From positions 479-64,478 of the forward strand of contig PAPV01000014.1 in assembly GCA_002709075.1 (NCBI GenBank): DNA of 64,000 bases, in the 5' to 3' direction. This document shows, piece by piece, positions 21,741 to 31,232 of the stretch. The position numbers and the translations under genes were made by a program. Numbering within the stretch: the stretch's first letter is position 1; each line of letters starts with the position of its first letter. The notes below the pieces were generated by a model. It did not search any database, was not told where the DNA came from, and saw only the letters and a list, made by a program, of their open reading frames with translations. This stretch comes from Rhodospirillaceae bacterium (GTDB lineage: Bacteria; Pseudomonadota; Alphaproteobacteria; MPNO01; UBA2964).

Positions 21741-22744
21741 GATTCTTTCTCCAAATTCATTGCTCCTTGATATGAGAGCCCCGATTTTTTTATGGCAATT
21801 CGAATGGTGTAAAGTTCAGATTGTGATAATTTTACCAGTGGCGGACGGACAATGGCTCTCGGAAGGCGACCTAGCATAACAAGCGCCTCCTTCATCCGAT
21901 TGTGCATGTCAGTAGTTGGTAAACCGTAAAAGCATTTTGCGGTTGGATAAATTCTATCATTTATTTTCTGAGCCTTTGGAAGATTTCCACTTTTGACCGC
22001 TTGAAATAAGGCAACTTGCAAATCAGCGATCACACTTCCAGAACCGGATAAGACGCCTTTTGCACCCATTGTTAGAGAACCCATAAGCCATCCTGAATTT
22101 GTGGATAAGACGGTAAATTTGCGCGCTACGTCTTGAAGCTCTCTCACATGGGCTTCATGAACTTGTCCCATATTCCAATCTTTTATTGCAATTAGTGTTG
22201 GGATTTCATCAATCATTCGATGCAGTGTGTTCATTTGGTAAGCATAATTTTCGGGATATTGGAATGCAATAAGTGGCAAATTGGTAGCATCTGCAATGGT
22301 TTTAAAATGCGAAATTGCCATTTCCGGTTTGAATTGACCTTGCATCATCATGATTGGTTGTGGGGGAAAGATTAGTAAAGCCGAAGCACCAGCTCGTTCT
22401 GCCCATTTTGCTATCTTCGCGGCCTGATGGCTGCCGTCAGCCCAAACGCCCGTAATCAATGGAAGCCTGTCTCCCACTTCATTTAAGGCGAGATCGAGAA
22501 TATATCGTTGTTCATCATCCGAACAAGCATGGACTTCAGATGCATGTCCATTGACAGTTATAGAAGAAATATTTTCTACAGCAGCAACATGGCGAATGTG
22601 AGCCCGAGTAGCTGCTTCATCGATAGAAAAGTCATTCTTAAATGCAAGTAATGTTGCTGGGATAACTCCTTGTGGATGAAAGTTTTTAAATGGCCACATG
22701 TTTAGACTTTCAATAAAACCATAATGGATTTTTTTACTTTTCAT
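21737..22744 (-). CDS. dihydrodipicolinate synthase/N-acetylneuraminate lyase family aldolase
   Basis: GVIPATLLAF, TVNGHASE, IAIKDW (Schiff-base Lys region) pattern of DHDPS family; not the housekeeping dapA, which is at the left edge. Confidence 0.7.
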   Translation of the reverse strand: MKSKKIHYGFIESLNMWPFKNFHPQGVIPATLLAFKNDFSIDEAATRAHIRHVAAVENISSITVNGHASEVHACSDDEQRYILDLALNEVGDRLPLITGVWADGSHQAAKIAKWAERAGASALLIFPPQPIMMMQGQFKPEMAISHFKTIADATNLPLIAFQYPENYAYQMNTLHRMIDEIPTLIAIKDWNMGQVHEAHVRELQDVARKFTVLSTNSGWLMGSLTMGAKGVLSGSGSVIADLQVALFQAVKSGNLPKAQKINDRIYPTAKCFYGLPTTDMHNRMKEALVMLGRLPRAIVRPPLVKLSQSELYTIRIAIKKSGLSYQGAMNLEKES

Positions 22745-22825
22745 AAAATTACAGAAAATACTTTGACGTACAATATCTTAATGACAAGAATGGGGATCAA
22801 TAGTTTTCGAGGAGATAAAAAATAA

Positions 22826-23821
22826 ATGTCTAATGAAAAACTTAAACTGACATTTGCAACAAGTGACTACGATCATGTTCGTGATTTAACATCAGGTAGA
22901 GTGCAAGTCGAAGGCGTTGAATTAAATTGCCTAACTATGCAAATAGAGGAGATGTTTTACCGTTTCATTAATTTTGAAGAATTTGACGTTTCGGAAATAT
23001 CCAGTGGAAAGTATACCTCAATGATCAGTCAGGGGATTGATAAATTTGTTGGATTACCTGTTTTCCCCTCGCGTGTATCCCGACAATCATCATGTTATAT
23101 AAGAACCGATGGCCCGGTAAAAACTCCAAAAGATTTGTCAGGAAAGACTATTGGAATACCAGAATGGGGACAATCTGCATCTGTCTATTCTCGCGGTTGG
23201 ATACAGCATGATTTGGGTATTTCACTATCTGATATCAACTGGGTACAGGCGGGTGTGAATCAACCCGGACGGAAGGAAAAGGTTTCCTTAAATTTACCGG
23301 ATGGAATCAAACTCAGTCCTCGATCGGACAAATCTTTAACCGAATTACTCATTGATGGAGAAATTGATGCTATTTTAACCGCACATCCACCAGAAATTTT
23401 CGAAAATAAAGACCCAAGAATTGACCGTCTTTTTAATAACTATGCAGAAGTAGAAAAGGAATATTACAGCCGCACTGGTATTTGGCCCATAATGCATTTG
23501 TATGCGATGAGGAGAGAAATATTTGAGGAACATCCCTGGGTTGCAATGAATCTCGTTAAAGCTCTCACAACGGCAAAAAACTTGTCTCTACAACGCATGT
23601 TAGACATAACAGCCTGTCGGGCACCGGTTGGCTGGATCTTTCATGCGGCGGAAGAAATGAGGAATATGATGGGCGATGATTTTTATCCGTATGGTATCGA
23701 GCCCAATCGTAAAACACTTGAGGCCTTTTTGATTTATGGTTTTGAGCAGGGGCTCTTCCATCGTAAATTGGAGGTTGAGGACATGTTTCCGAAAGAAGTG
23801 CTTAGTGAATTTAAAGTTTGA
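22826..23821 (+). CDS. 4,5-dihydroxyphthalate decarboxylase-like protein (periplasmic-binding-protein fold, cytoplasmic)
   Basis: 331 aa, no signal peptide; LPVFPSR..YIRTD, GKTIGIPEW, WPIMH, C-terminal SEFKV resemble Pht5/PhtD-type decarboxylases (recalled from memory). Confidence 0.55.
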   Translation: MSNEKLKLTFATSDYDHVRDLTSGRVQVEGVELNCLTMQIEEMFYRFINFEEFDVSEISSGKYTSMISQGIDKFVGLPVFPSRVSRQSSCYIRTDGPVKTPKDLSGKTIGIPEWGQSASVYSRGWIQHDLGISLSDINWVQAGVNQPGRKEKVSLNLPDGIKLSPRSDKSLTELLIDGEIDAILTAHPPEIFENKDPRIDRLFNNYAEVEKEYYSRTGIWPIMHLYAMRREIFEEHPWVAMNLVKALTTAKNLSLQRMLDITACRAPVGWIFHAAEEMRNMMGDDFYPYGIEPNRKTLEAFLIYGFEQGLFHRKLEVEDMFPKEVLSEFKV

Positions 23822-23832
23822 GGAAAAGCGAG

Positions 23833-24933
23833 ATGCTTTTTATTCATAATGATGTAGTTCAGAAACTTTTAAATATGAAAGATTGTATTGAAGTCCAAGA
23901 ACAAGCATTTCGTGATTTAGCCGAAGGAAAAGCCGCGCATAGGCCACGCTCGGACATTTATGCTCCTTGTGAACTTGAGGATGGCTATTATCGCTGGGGT
24001 ACCATGGAAGGATACTCAGGTGGCTATCTTGCCATCAGAATGAAGTCTGATGTGATGCGTTGGCCGGTTTCCGAAAATGGGTCTTGGACCGAAGAAAAAT
24101 ATTGCGTGAAGATGGGAACCTATTGTGGATTGATAATGCTTTTTTCTTCTACCAATGGTATTCCACTAGCTTTCATAAATGATGGTATTTTGCAGCATAT
24201 GCGAGTTGGTGGTGCGGGTGGTCTTGGTGCAAAATACCTTGCAAGAGAAGATGCCTCAACTGTTGGCATGCTTGGATCTGGAGGAATGGCTCGTTCTTAT
24301 TTGCAAGCATATTGCGCGGTGAGAAGTATAAGGCGTGCAAAGGTGTTTTCTCCAACAAAGACCAACCGAGAGTCTTTTGCAGAAGAAATGAGCTCTCTTC
24401 TTAATATAACGGTTGAACCTGTTAATTCCGCAGAAGAAGCCGTGCGTGGAATGGATATTGTCTCTAGCTGCACTGACTCAATGTCTCCGACATTTGACTC
24501 AGATTGGTTGTCAAAAGGACAGCATGTAACAATGTTGGGGCCAATGGAGGTTTCCAAACAGGCGATAAGAAAATTTGATGTGTGTATAACGCAAGGAAAA
24601 AGTGGGTTAAATGCTTCCGAAAATAGCATGCAAGAGGGCATAGGGCATAGCCCTGTAGCTTGGATTGCCGGGTCCGAGGCTGAAAGAAGTCGTTTACCAA
24701 AAAAGCAACTCAAAACTTCTGGATTTGCTGTGGATTTTCCAGATTTCAGTGATTTAGTTTCAGATCCAATGATTGGTCGCACAGACAATGATCAAATCAC
24801 ATATTACCACAACATAGGCAACCAGGGTTTGCAATTTTCCTCTGTAGGTGGGTTAGTTTATGAAAAGGCTAGAGAAAGAGAGTTGGGACGTGAGATTCCT
24901 ACTGAATGGTTTTTGCAAGACATAAGGGATTGA
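23833..24933 (+). CDS. ornithine cyclodeaminase/mu-crystallin family protein
   Basis: N-terminal MKDCIEVQEQAFRDLAEGKA, Rossmann GSGGMARSY; ATG 23833 after AGGAAAAG preferred to TTG 23818. Confidence 0.7.
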   Translation: MLFIHNDVVQKLLNMKDCIEVQEQAFRDLAEGKAAHRPRSDIYAPCELEDGYYRWGTMEGYSGGYLAIRMKSDVMRWPVSENGSWTEEKYCVKMGTYCGLIMLFSSTNGIPLAFINDGILQHMRVGGAGGLGAKYLAREDASTVGMLGSGGMARSYLQAYCAVRSIRRAKVFSPTKTNRESFAEEMSSLLNITVEPVNSAEEAVRGMDIVSSCTDSMSPTFDSDWLSKGQHVTMLGPMEVSKQAIRKFDVCITQGKSGLNASENSMQEGIGHSPVAWIAGSEAERSRLPKKQLKTSGFAVDFPDFSDLVSDPMIGRTDNDQITYYHNIGNQGLQFSSVGGLVYEKARERELGREIPTEWFLQDIRD

Positions 24934-24941
24934 TCATAAAA

Positions 24942-25211
24942 ATGTGTGCATTTGTCTACATAATCGGGACTGAAACCCCAAAGGGTTGGAAAACCTATGT
25001 TGGTTGGACTAACGATCTGGATAAGAGGCTCTTAATGCACAATCAGGGAAAGGGTGCAAAATTTACCCGTGGGCTTAGATGGAAATTACTTTACGCCGAG
25101 AAATATCTGGACCGGTCATCTGCAATGAGCCGAGAATTCTATATAAAAAGAGACACGAAGTTACGAAAATCGGTTTTGCCAACAGAGGCTAAAACGCATC
25201 ATACAAAATAA
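24942..25211 (+). CDS. GIY-YIG nuclease superfamily protein (UPF0213-like)
   Basis: 89 aa; VYIIG...YVGWTNDLDKRLLMHN...GAKFTR pattern; start trimmed to ATG 24942. Confidence 0.7.
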   Translation: MCAFVYIIGTETPKGWKTYVGWTNDLDKRLLMHNQGKGAKFTRGLRWKLLYAEKYLDRSSAMSREFYIKRDTKLRKSVLPTEAKTHHTK

Positions 25212-25936
25212 GATTAATCATAAATGCCGTCAATAAATAATTGATAAAGCCTGCGGGTTGCTAAATAAAATTTAGTAAGAACTATACTGTTAATTTATTT
25301 TTTCCTTTAAAAACAAAGTCACAAAGTCAACTGGCGAAGGACACTTATGCCTCGCATAACAATTGATTTTCGAAAATATCCGATGCATTACTTAGTGTTA
25401 GCATTTAAAAGATTAATATGTCCGGAGGTGGTTTCTAAAACAAAATGCCTGCGAATGTTTGATATGGACAAAGAACTCGAATTTTTTTAAGACACGATTA
25501 CTTTGACGATTGCATTACCTGCTTACTAGAAGATTTTGTTGTCTTTTGTCGGATGCCGTAGAATTTTCTTCGGAGATGATGATGAAACGCCATTATTTTC
25601 TTCTGCTTTTAATGACTCAGCACTTCTTAGCTATAAAATGATTGTGGACGGTATTGTGTATTTTGGTATTTGAGAGGTTTTATAAAGCTGTTGGACGAAA
25701 CAGAGGCGAATATTCAAAGGGAACCAATTACGGGACCCGCGCAACAATTTACCGCATAGCCAAAAAAAATTAATTTGTTTTTTAAAATGAAGACATTGAC
25801 ATTGTTTACTAGTTTATTGATAAACGATATAAGTATATCGGTTTGGAGAGCTACCGATTTGGCGTGTATCTGTCTTCAAGGCAATAGAAAACTCCAATGC
25901 AATCCAGTTTAGTTTTTATGTAATTTTTTTTGACAA

Positions 25937-26464
25937 TTAGATTCCAAAGAATTGATCTTTGAAGATTACCTCTTCTTTTTTGTTTTCTTTAGAATCGCCC
26001 TTCATTTCATTACCCTGTTGGTTCACCCGATTTGGAGATTTCATATTTTTGTGTGCCGGATTACCAACTCGGATCATAACCAGTGGTTCATCGGATGTCG
26101 CAAAAAACTTGTATAAGTTCCCTTTTGGCAACATTATGCCCTGAAACTGGCTCAATTCTATTTCTTCATTTTCTGGTCCAAAAAATTTTGCTGATCCTTG
26201 CAGGATCATAAAACTGTGATCCTCATAAGGATGTGCATGTAATTCATTTTCCCCCCCTGAAGCGTACACTTTTAACCGTACTGTAAGATTTTCTGTTGCA
26301 GCTAACACAGAGTCCGTTCGTCCTTGCGCTAGCATTTGCCCTCTTAACGCAAAAACAGTAGGTTTTGTGTTTAATATCAATTCGCTCTCACGAGCGGCCA
26401 TTTCATCTCCGGTAAAGGACGGTGGTGTCATTTGAGGTTGATCTGGCATAGATTTTTTCTCCAA
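25937..26464 (-). CDS. cupin domain protein
   Basis: GGENELHAHPYEDHSFMILQGSA cupin motif 1 and LPKGNLYKF motif 2 region. Confidence 0.6.
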   Translation of the reverse strand: MEKKSMPDQPQMTPPSFTGDEMAARESELILNTKPTVFALRGQMLAQGRTDSVLAATENLTVRLKVYASGGENELHAHPYEDHSFMILQGSAKFFGPENEEIELSQFQGIMLPKGNLYKFFATSDEPLVMIRVGNPAHKNMKSPNRVNQQGNEMKGDSKENKKEEVIFKDQFFGI

Positions 26465-26541
26465 TATTATTTATATAGGTTCATTATTTATCGAAAATAC
26501 TACACCATTTTTTATAGAATACACCCTTCCCACAGATCGTC

Positions 26542-26554
26542 TGTACACATACAA
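26542..26554 (+). promoter_or_regulatory. related box TGTACACATACAA upstream of UbiD-1
   Basis: 12/13 match to the kor/44739 box, same orientation relative to the gene, 39 nt upstream of ATG 26594. Confidence 0.4.
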
Positions 26555-26593
26555 TCAGGGTGAGTTGAGGTTAATATCCAGAAGGAGCGAAGC

Positions 26594-28159
26594 ATGGCAG
26601 ACCGTATGGCTGTTAAATTGGAGGGAAAAGGCGCGAACGGCATGATTAGGGAGGAGGCGCTTGTAGATTTGCGTTCTACCCTAGATTGGTTGGGAGATGA
26701 TGTGCATTACATTAAAGCGCCAGTGGATCCGCATGTAGAAATGTGCACCATTACCAAAGCGTTTGATAATTCAAAGGTGATAGTCGCTAATAATATTAAA
26801 CGTTATCCAGGGGTCCGGATGATATCCAATCTTTATTCCCGTAAGGAACGCGTTTGTAAATTTCATAATTGTGAGGATTTTCGTGATATCAAGCTACAAC
26901 TTCTCTCTCAAAACTCAAATCCAATTCCTCCTAGGATTGTTAAGGATGCTCCAGTTCAAGAAGAAACGCTTATTCCTGGAAAAGATTTTGATCATATTGA
27001 AGAAATATTTCCGATTGCACAGCACACTTTTACAGATGGTGGAAGAATTTTTGGATCGGGATCACATTTATTTATGGGAGAACCCTTTGTTCCGGGCGGT
27101 GGTAGCCAAATATCTATGTATCGTATGTCGTTCCGGCCAGGGCAAAAGTATGCATCCATTAATATGGTGCCCGGTGGTGCGGGAGATGTAATTTGCTCCA
27201 GACACCCCGGGAAGAAGATACCGTGTACAGTCAATGTGTGTCCTCCTGTAGGGGCGGAGTTGGTTTCAGTGTCAACGCTTAACCCGGCTCTATTTCCTGG
27301 GCAAACCGATAAATTGGGATTTGCGGGGGCAATTCAAGGATTTCCGGTTGATGTCGTAAGGGCACAAACCGTTGACTCGTACGCTATTGCAAATTCTGAA
27401 TGGGTCTTAGAGGGATACGTTGTTGAGGGCGAACGTGTATGGGAGACCCAAGAGGCCGAGGACCTCGGTCGACAAGGTGTTGCTCTACTTCATCCAGAAT
27501 GGGCGCGGTCGATGGGACATGCCTACCGGACTCCAAGAGCATTTGAGCTTACAGCTATAACGCGGCGCAAACATAACCCTATTGTTTATACTCCTCACTT
27601 TGGAGCATTTTGGTATGAAGCACCATTTATGTGCGCATCAGTTTATGAACTTTGCGATCGTATGGCTCCTGGTTTTGTAAAAGATGTTGCAAGCTGGCTG
27701 GGATTAACTTTATGGGGTGGTTTAGTTGTACAAGTGAAAAAAAGGCGCCGCTCTGATGAGGGAATGCAGCGGAATTTGTTAACTGCCATAATGGGTTTAT
27801 TCCGTGGAATGCGACTGGTAGTGATGGTTGATGAGGATATTGACCCATGGCAACCCGAGGATGTTATGTGGGCAATACAATCCCGTGCCTCTGCTCAAAA
27901 GGATTATGTTGTTTATAACGAGTATGGGCGGGGGCAAGCTTTTCAGCCATCGGAACTAAAAATAGGTAATATTTCGGTGTCTGATGGTGGTATGGGGATT
28001 GATGCGACTGCCCCACTTGGTGAGCAGGTGTATGAACGATCGTACTATCCCGTGAAAGAAATGGACTTTTCACAATGGTTCTCTGAAGATGAAATAGAAA
28101 ATCTTAAGAATCTTCAAGATCCATATTTTCGTTGGTTAGGAGAAACTGGTCACGGGTAG
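26594..28159 (+). CDS. UbiD-family decarboxylase, divergent paralog (UbiD-1)
   Basis: 521 aa; ISMYRMSF, SEWVLEGYV, VMVDEDIDPWQPEDVMWAIQSR align to UbiD family; the EGPFGE acid-base loop is replaced by a longer EGERVWETQEAEDLGRQGVALLHPEW segment. Confidence 0.7.
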   Translation: MADRMAVKLEGKGANGMIREEALVDLRSTLDWLGDDVHYIKAPVDPHVEMCTITKAFDNSKVIVANNIKRYPGVRMISNLYSRKERVCKFHNCEDFRDIKLQLLSQNSNPIPPRIVKDAPVQEETLIPGKDFDHIEEIFPIAQHTFTDGGRIFGSGSHLFMGEPFVPGGGSQISMYRMSFRPGQKYASINMVPGGAGDVICSRHPGKKIPCTVNVCPPVGAELVSVSTLNPALFPGQTDKLGFAGAIQGFPVDVVRAQTVDSYAIANSEWVLEGYVVEGERVWETQEAEDLGRQGVALLHPEWARSMGHAYRTPRAFELTAITRRKHNPIVYTPHFGAFWYEAPFMCASVYELCDRMAPGFVKDVASWLGLTLWGGLVVQVKKRRRSDEGMQRNLLTAIMGLFRGMRLVVMVDEDIDPWQPEDVMWAIQSRASAQKDYVVYNEYGRGQAFQPSELKIGNISVSDGGMGIDATAPLGEQVYERSYYPVKEMDFSQWFSEDEIENLKNLQDPYFRWLGETGHG

Positions 28160-28202
28160 TGCCAGTTTTCCTCACCATATTTTAACCACACTAATTTAAA
28201 AA

Positions 28203-28943
28203 CTAGCTACCAAAATTTGAGCCACCGTTTATGTGCATATTTTCTCCTGTCATAAAACTGGCAGCGTCAGATATAAGGAAAAGTGCGCCTTCGGCAATTT
28301 CTTTTGGTTCCGCAAACCGTCCTAGAGGAAAGCGTTCTTTCATAGTCTGTTTTTTTTCTTCTGTGTAATGAGCAATCATGGGGGTGTTGGTAATACCAGG
28401 GCTCACGGCATTGACGCGAATGCCTTTTGGCCCAAGCGACCGAGCTAGACATCGGGTAAGTGCTAACACTCCTCCTTTAGAGCTTGCATAGGCCGGTCCA
28501 CCCTGTCCGTTACCGCCAGTTACCCCGAATAAAATGGATGCCGAAGTTGTGAGAACAATTGAACCTTTTTCAGATTTTGTCATTTCATTTGCTGCCGCGC
28601 GAGCGATTTGAAATGTTCCCGTTACATTGATGTTCAGAATTCGGTTCATTTCTTCGGGTTCTAATTCGTTCCAGCGGAGACTTGAGTGTGCTGCCCCGCA
28701 GTGAATAAGTCCATCTAAAGATCCGAAGTGGGTTGTGGTATGATGAATAACATCAATGCAATCATTTTCCGAGGTCACATCACCTTTGTATTTTGAAATA
28801 TTATCTGATGAAGGAATATTTTGATTTAACTTTTCAAATTGTGGATCAAACGCAACAACTTTTGCTCCTCGTTCATGTAATAGTTTTGTGCAGGCTAAGC
28901 CTATCCCGCTTGCTGCACCGGTAACAATTACTGTCTTTCTCAT
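28203..28943 (-). CDS. SDR family oxidoreductase
   Basis: TGAASGIGLA, NxAG region, YASSKGG catalytic motif; start trimmed to ATG 28943. Confidence 0.85.
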   Translation of the reverse strand: MRKTVIVTGAASGIGLACTKLLHERGAKVVAFDPQFEKLNQNIPSSDNISKYKGDVTSENDCIDVIHHTTTHFGSLDGLIHCGAAHSSLRWNELEPEEMNRILNINVTGTFQIARAAANEMTKSEKGSIVLTTSASILFGVTGGNGQGGPAYASSKGGVLALTRCLARSLGPKGIRVNAVSPGITNTPMIAHYTEEKKQTMKERFPLGRFAEPKEIAEGALFLISDAASFMTGENMHINGGSNFGS

Positions 28944-29018
28944 TTTTTGTCCCATTTTTTTTTTGTGAAGAATGAAGACCGTATTGCCGGTCATCTTTTC
29001 AAATGGTACATCACTTTT

Positions 29019-30566
29019 ATGATTTCGAAAAAAGATGAAAAATTACGGTCTTTCCATGACATTGTGTCGGAAAATGCTCGCCACCGGCCGGAAGCATTAT
29101 ACGCTTACTCCATAGATCAAGATAAAAGATTATCCTACGGTGAGCTTAATTCTGTCGGCAATCGCGCAGCACATTTTTTTAAAGAAATAGGTGTTGGCCG
29201 TAACCAGCGTGTTCTTTTGTTATCCGAAAACTCAATTGAAAGTCTAATAGTATTTATTTCAACCTTACGATATGGAGCAACACTTGCCACAGTGCATGTT
29301 GATATGAATGAAGCACACCTGAAGGAAATTATCAGTGCTATCAATCCCGTTGTAACTATCTATCAGGGTGGATTAAATCTAGAACGTTTTGCCGATAGAG
29401 AGTCTTCGTTATGGATTGAACTTGGTAAATGGCGACCTGATGAGAAGTCTATAAATAGCGGATTTTTTAAAAAAATAGAAAACTTTTCCAATTCAGATTC
29501 TATACCCTCAATCGCAAAACCTGAAGATCAGGGAGTTATTTTTTATACCTCTGGAACTGTTGCAAAACCAAAGGGTGTTATTCAGACCCATGCAACGGCG
29601 TATTACAACTACGATGCCACCGCGGATTATCTTGGTTTAGGCCCAGGGGTAAGGACTTTGGATTGTCGATCGTTCAGTTGGCTTTCTGCTCAACACATGA
29701 GTCTCGGTGCTCCATTAGTGGCAGGTGCTACGTCTGTTTTTGCAAATCACTTTTCTCGGACAAATTATTTTTCATGGATTATTGATTACGATATCAACAT
29801 TGGTTTTGTAGTGCCTACAATGATAAATATGTTAATAAATCGTCCGATAAAGATTTCTAGGGGAGACCTGCGTAATCTGTCCTTCTTAACTTCCTCTAGT
29901 GCACCGTTGTTGGAAGAACAATGGAGAACCTTTGAAAAGATGTATGGAATCATATTAGCGCAGAGTTGTGGTTCTAGTGAGGGAGGAAATACAGCAGCTC
30001 ACAGGGGGGCGGAACGCAAGATTGGCACGATTGGATTAACACAAAAATACCAAAGAATTCGTATAGTAAACACCAGTGGGGAAGACCTTGAAACAGGAGA
30101 AATTGGTGAAATTATTGTTGGTGGTGGAAAGCAGCAAGCTCTTGGTTATCTAAACTCAAAAGGCGATATTGAAACTCTTCCGAAAGATGGCCATCACACA
30201 GGAGATCTGGGTTATTTCGATAAAGATGGACATCTACACATTACGGGAAGGGCGAAAGAATTAATAATTCGCGGTGGAATTAATATATCGCCAGTGGAAG
30301 TTGACTCTGTATTGGTTAGTCATCCACATATTGCTGAGGCGGGAAGTTTTGGAGTGCCCCACAAAATATATGGAGAGGAAGTGGCTGCCTTTGTCGTGAA
30401 GAGAGAAGGGGTGAAACTAGATGAAATCGATGTATTAGATCATTGCTGCAAAAGTCTACCTGATGCTAAACAGCCTAAAAATATTATGTTCATATCTGAA
30501 TTACCAAAAAATTCACGTGGAAAGCTTGATCGCGGTGCTTTGTTAAAAATATGGAAAAATAGGTAA
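29019..30566 (+). CDS. AMP-dependent acyl-CoA synthetase/ligase (class I adenylate-forming enzyme)
   Basis: FYTSGTVAKPKGV, YHTGDLGYFDKDGHLHITGRAKELIIRGGINISP, C-terminal GKLDR; start trimmed to ATG 29019. Confidence 0.8.
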   Translation: MISKKDEKLRSFHDIVSENARHRPEALYAYSIDQDKRLSYGELNSVGNRAAHFFKEIGVGRNQRVLLLSENSIESLIVFISTLRYGATLATVHVDMNEAHLKEIISAINPVVTIYQGGLNLERFADRESSLWIELGKWRPDEKSINSGFFKKIENFSNSDSIPSIAKPEDQGVIFYTSGTVAKPKGVIQTHATAYYNYDATADYLGLGPGVRTLDCRSFSWLSAQHMSLGAPLVAGATSVFANHFSRTNYFSWIIDYDINIGFVVPTMINMLINRPIKISRGDLRNLSFLTSSSAPLLEEQWRTFEKMYGIILAQSCGSSEGGNTAAHRGAERKIGTIGLTQKYQRIRIVNTSGEDLETGEIGEIIVGGGKQQALGYLNSKGDIETLPKDGHHTGDLGYFDKDGHLHITGRAKELIIRGGINISPVEVDSVLVSHPHIAEAGSFGVPHKIYGEEVAAFVVKREGVKLDEIDVLDHCCKSLPDAKQPKNIMFISELPKNSRGKLDRGALLKIWKNR

Positions 30567-30744
30567 AAAGGGGTAGTTTGTCTTAGCAATAAAGAATCGC
30601 ACATTTAGAAGGACAAGAACTTACCCGTAGACAAAAACAGAGTTCAATTTAAAAATATGTAGCATAAACAATATTTTTTGAAAAAAATAGCATTAGGATT
30701 AACCAATGGTCAAAACATCGTACTTAATACTTCAAGGGAATCCA

Positions 30745-31182
30745 TCACTGTTTTTTTCTGTCTTTAATAGCTGGCCTTACATCCTTAACTGCGCCACCCC
30801 AACCAAGGTCAGTGATATCTAGGATCACTCCATTTGGATCTTTGTATTTTTCTTCATAGAAAGTATTTTTTATATCACCTTCATTATTTTCGGGCCTTCC
30901 CATAAGATAGGTTCCACCTGCTGATTCAACTTGTTTTTCTGCTGCCCGAATATCATTAACCCAAAATCCTATGTGGTGAATACCCACATAATCTCTGTCA
31001 CCTTGGTCATCATTTTTAAATTTCAACAGAGCTACTGTTATGGTTCCATCGGAGACGTAAACGCCCTCTGCTATTGGTGAGTTAGTCTTTCCTACACGCT
31101 TCATGTCGAAGGCTTTCTGATAAAACTCTGCTGTTTTTTCCGGATCAGGCACTGACATAGCTACATGCCGCAATTTTGCCAT
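30745..31182 (-). CDS. VOC (glyoxalase/bleomycin resistance/dioxygenase) family protein
   Basis: 145 aa; LRHVAMSVPD, HHIGFWV motifs; AGGAG RBS. Confidence 0.75.
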   Translation of the reverse strand: MAKLRHVAMSVPDPEKTAEFYQKAFDMKRVGKTNSPIAEGVYVSDGTITVALLKFKNDDQGDRDYVGIHHIGFWVNDIRAAEKQVESAGGTYLMGRPENNEGDIKNTFYEEKYKDPNGVILDITDLGWGGAVKDVRPAIKDRKKQ

Positions 31183-31194
31183 GGGTTTCTCCTA

Positions 31195-31232
31195 TGTAAA
31201 ACAGAATTTATATTGTAAAACAGAATTTATAT
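31195..31232. repeat. perfect 19-bp tandem direct repeat x2 (TGTAAAACAGAATTTATAT)
   Basis: 31195-31213 and 31214-31232 are identical; immediately upstream of the RBS of the VOC gene in the divergent VOC/UbiD-2 intergenic region. Confidence 0.9.

Noticed and set aside
24942-25211. GIY-YIG gene as a homing endonuclease or mobile element marker
   Set aside because: It is only 89 aa with the bare UPF0213-type GIY-YIG core and no DNA-binding extension. I saw no intron or intein context and no flanking repeats.
25347-25490. 47-aa ORF (MPRITIDFRKYPMHYLVLAFKRL...) in the large intergenic gap
   Set aside because: It has no RBS, no recognisable family and an AT-rich context. This is insufficient evidence for a gene.
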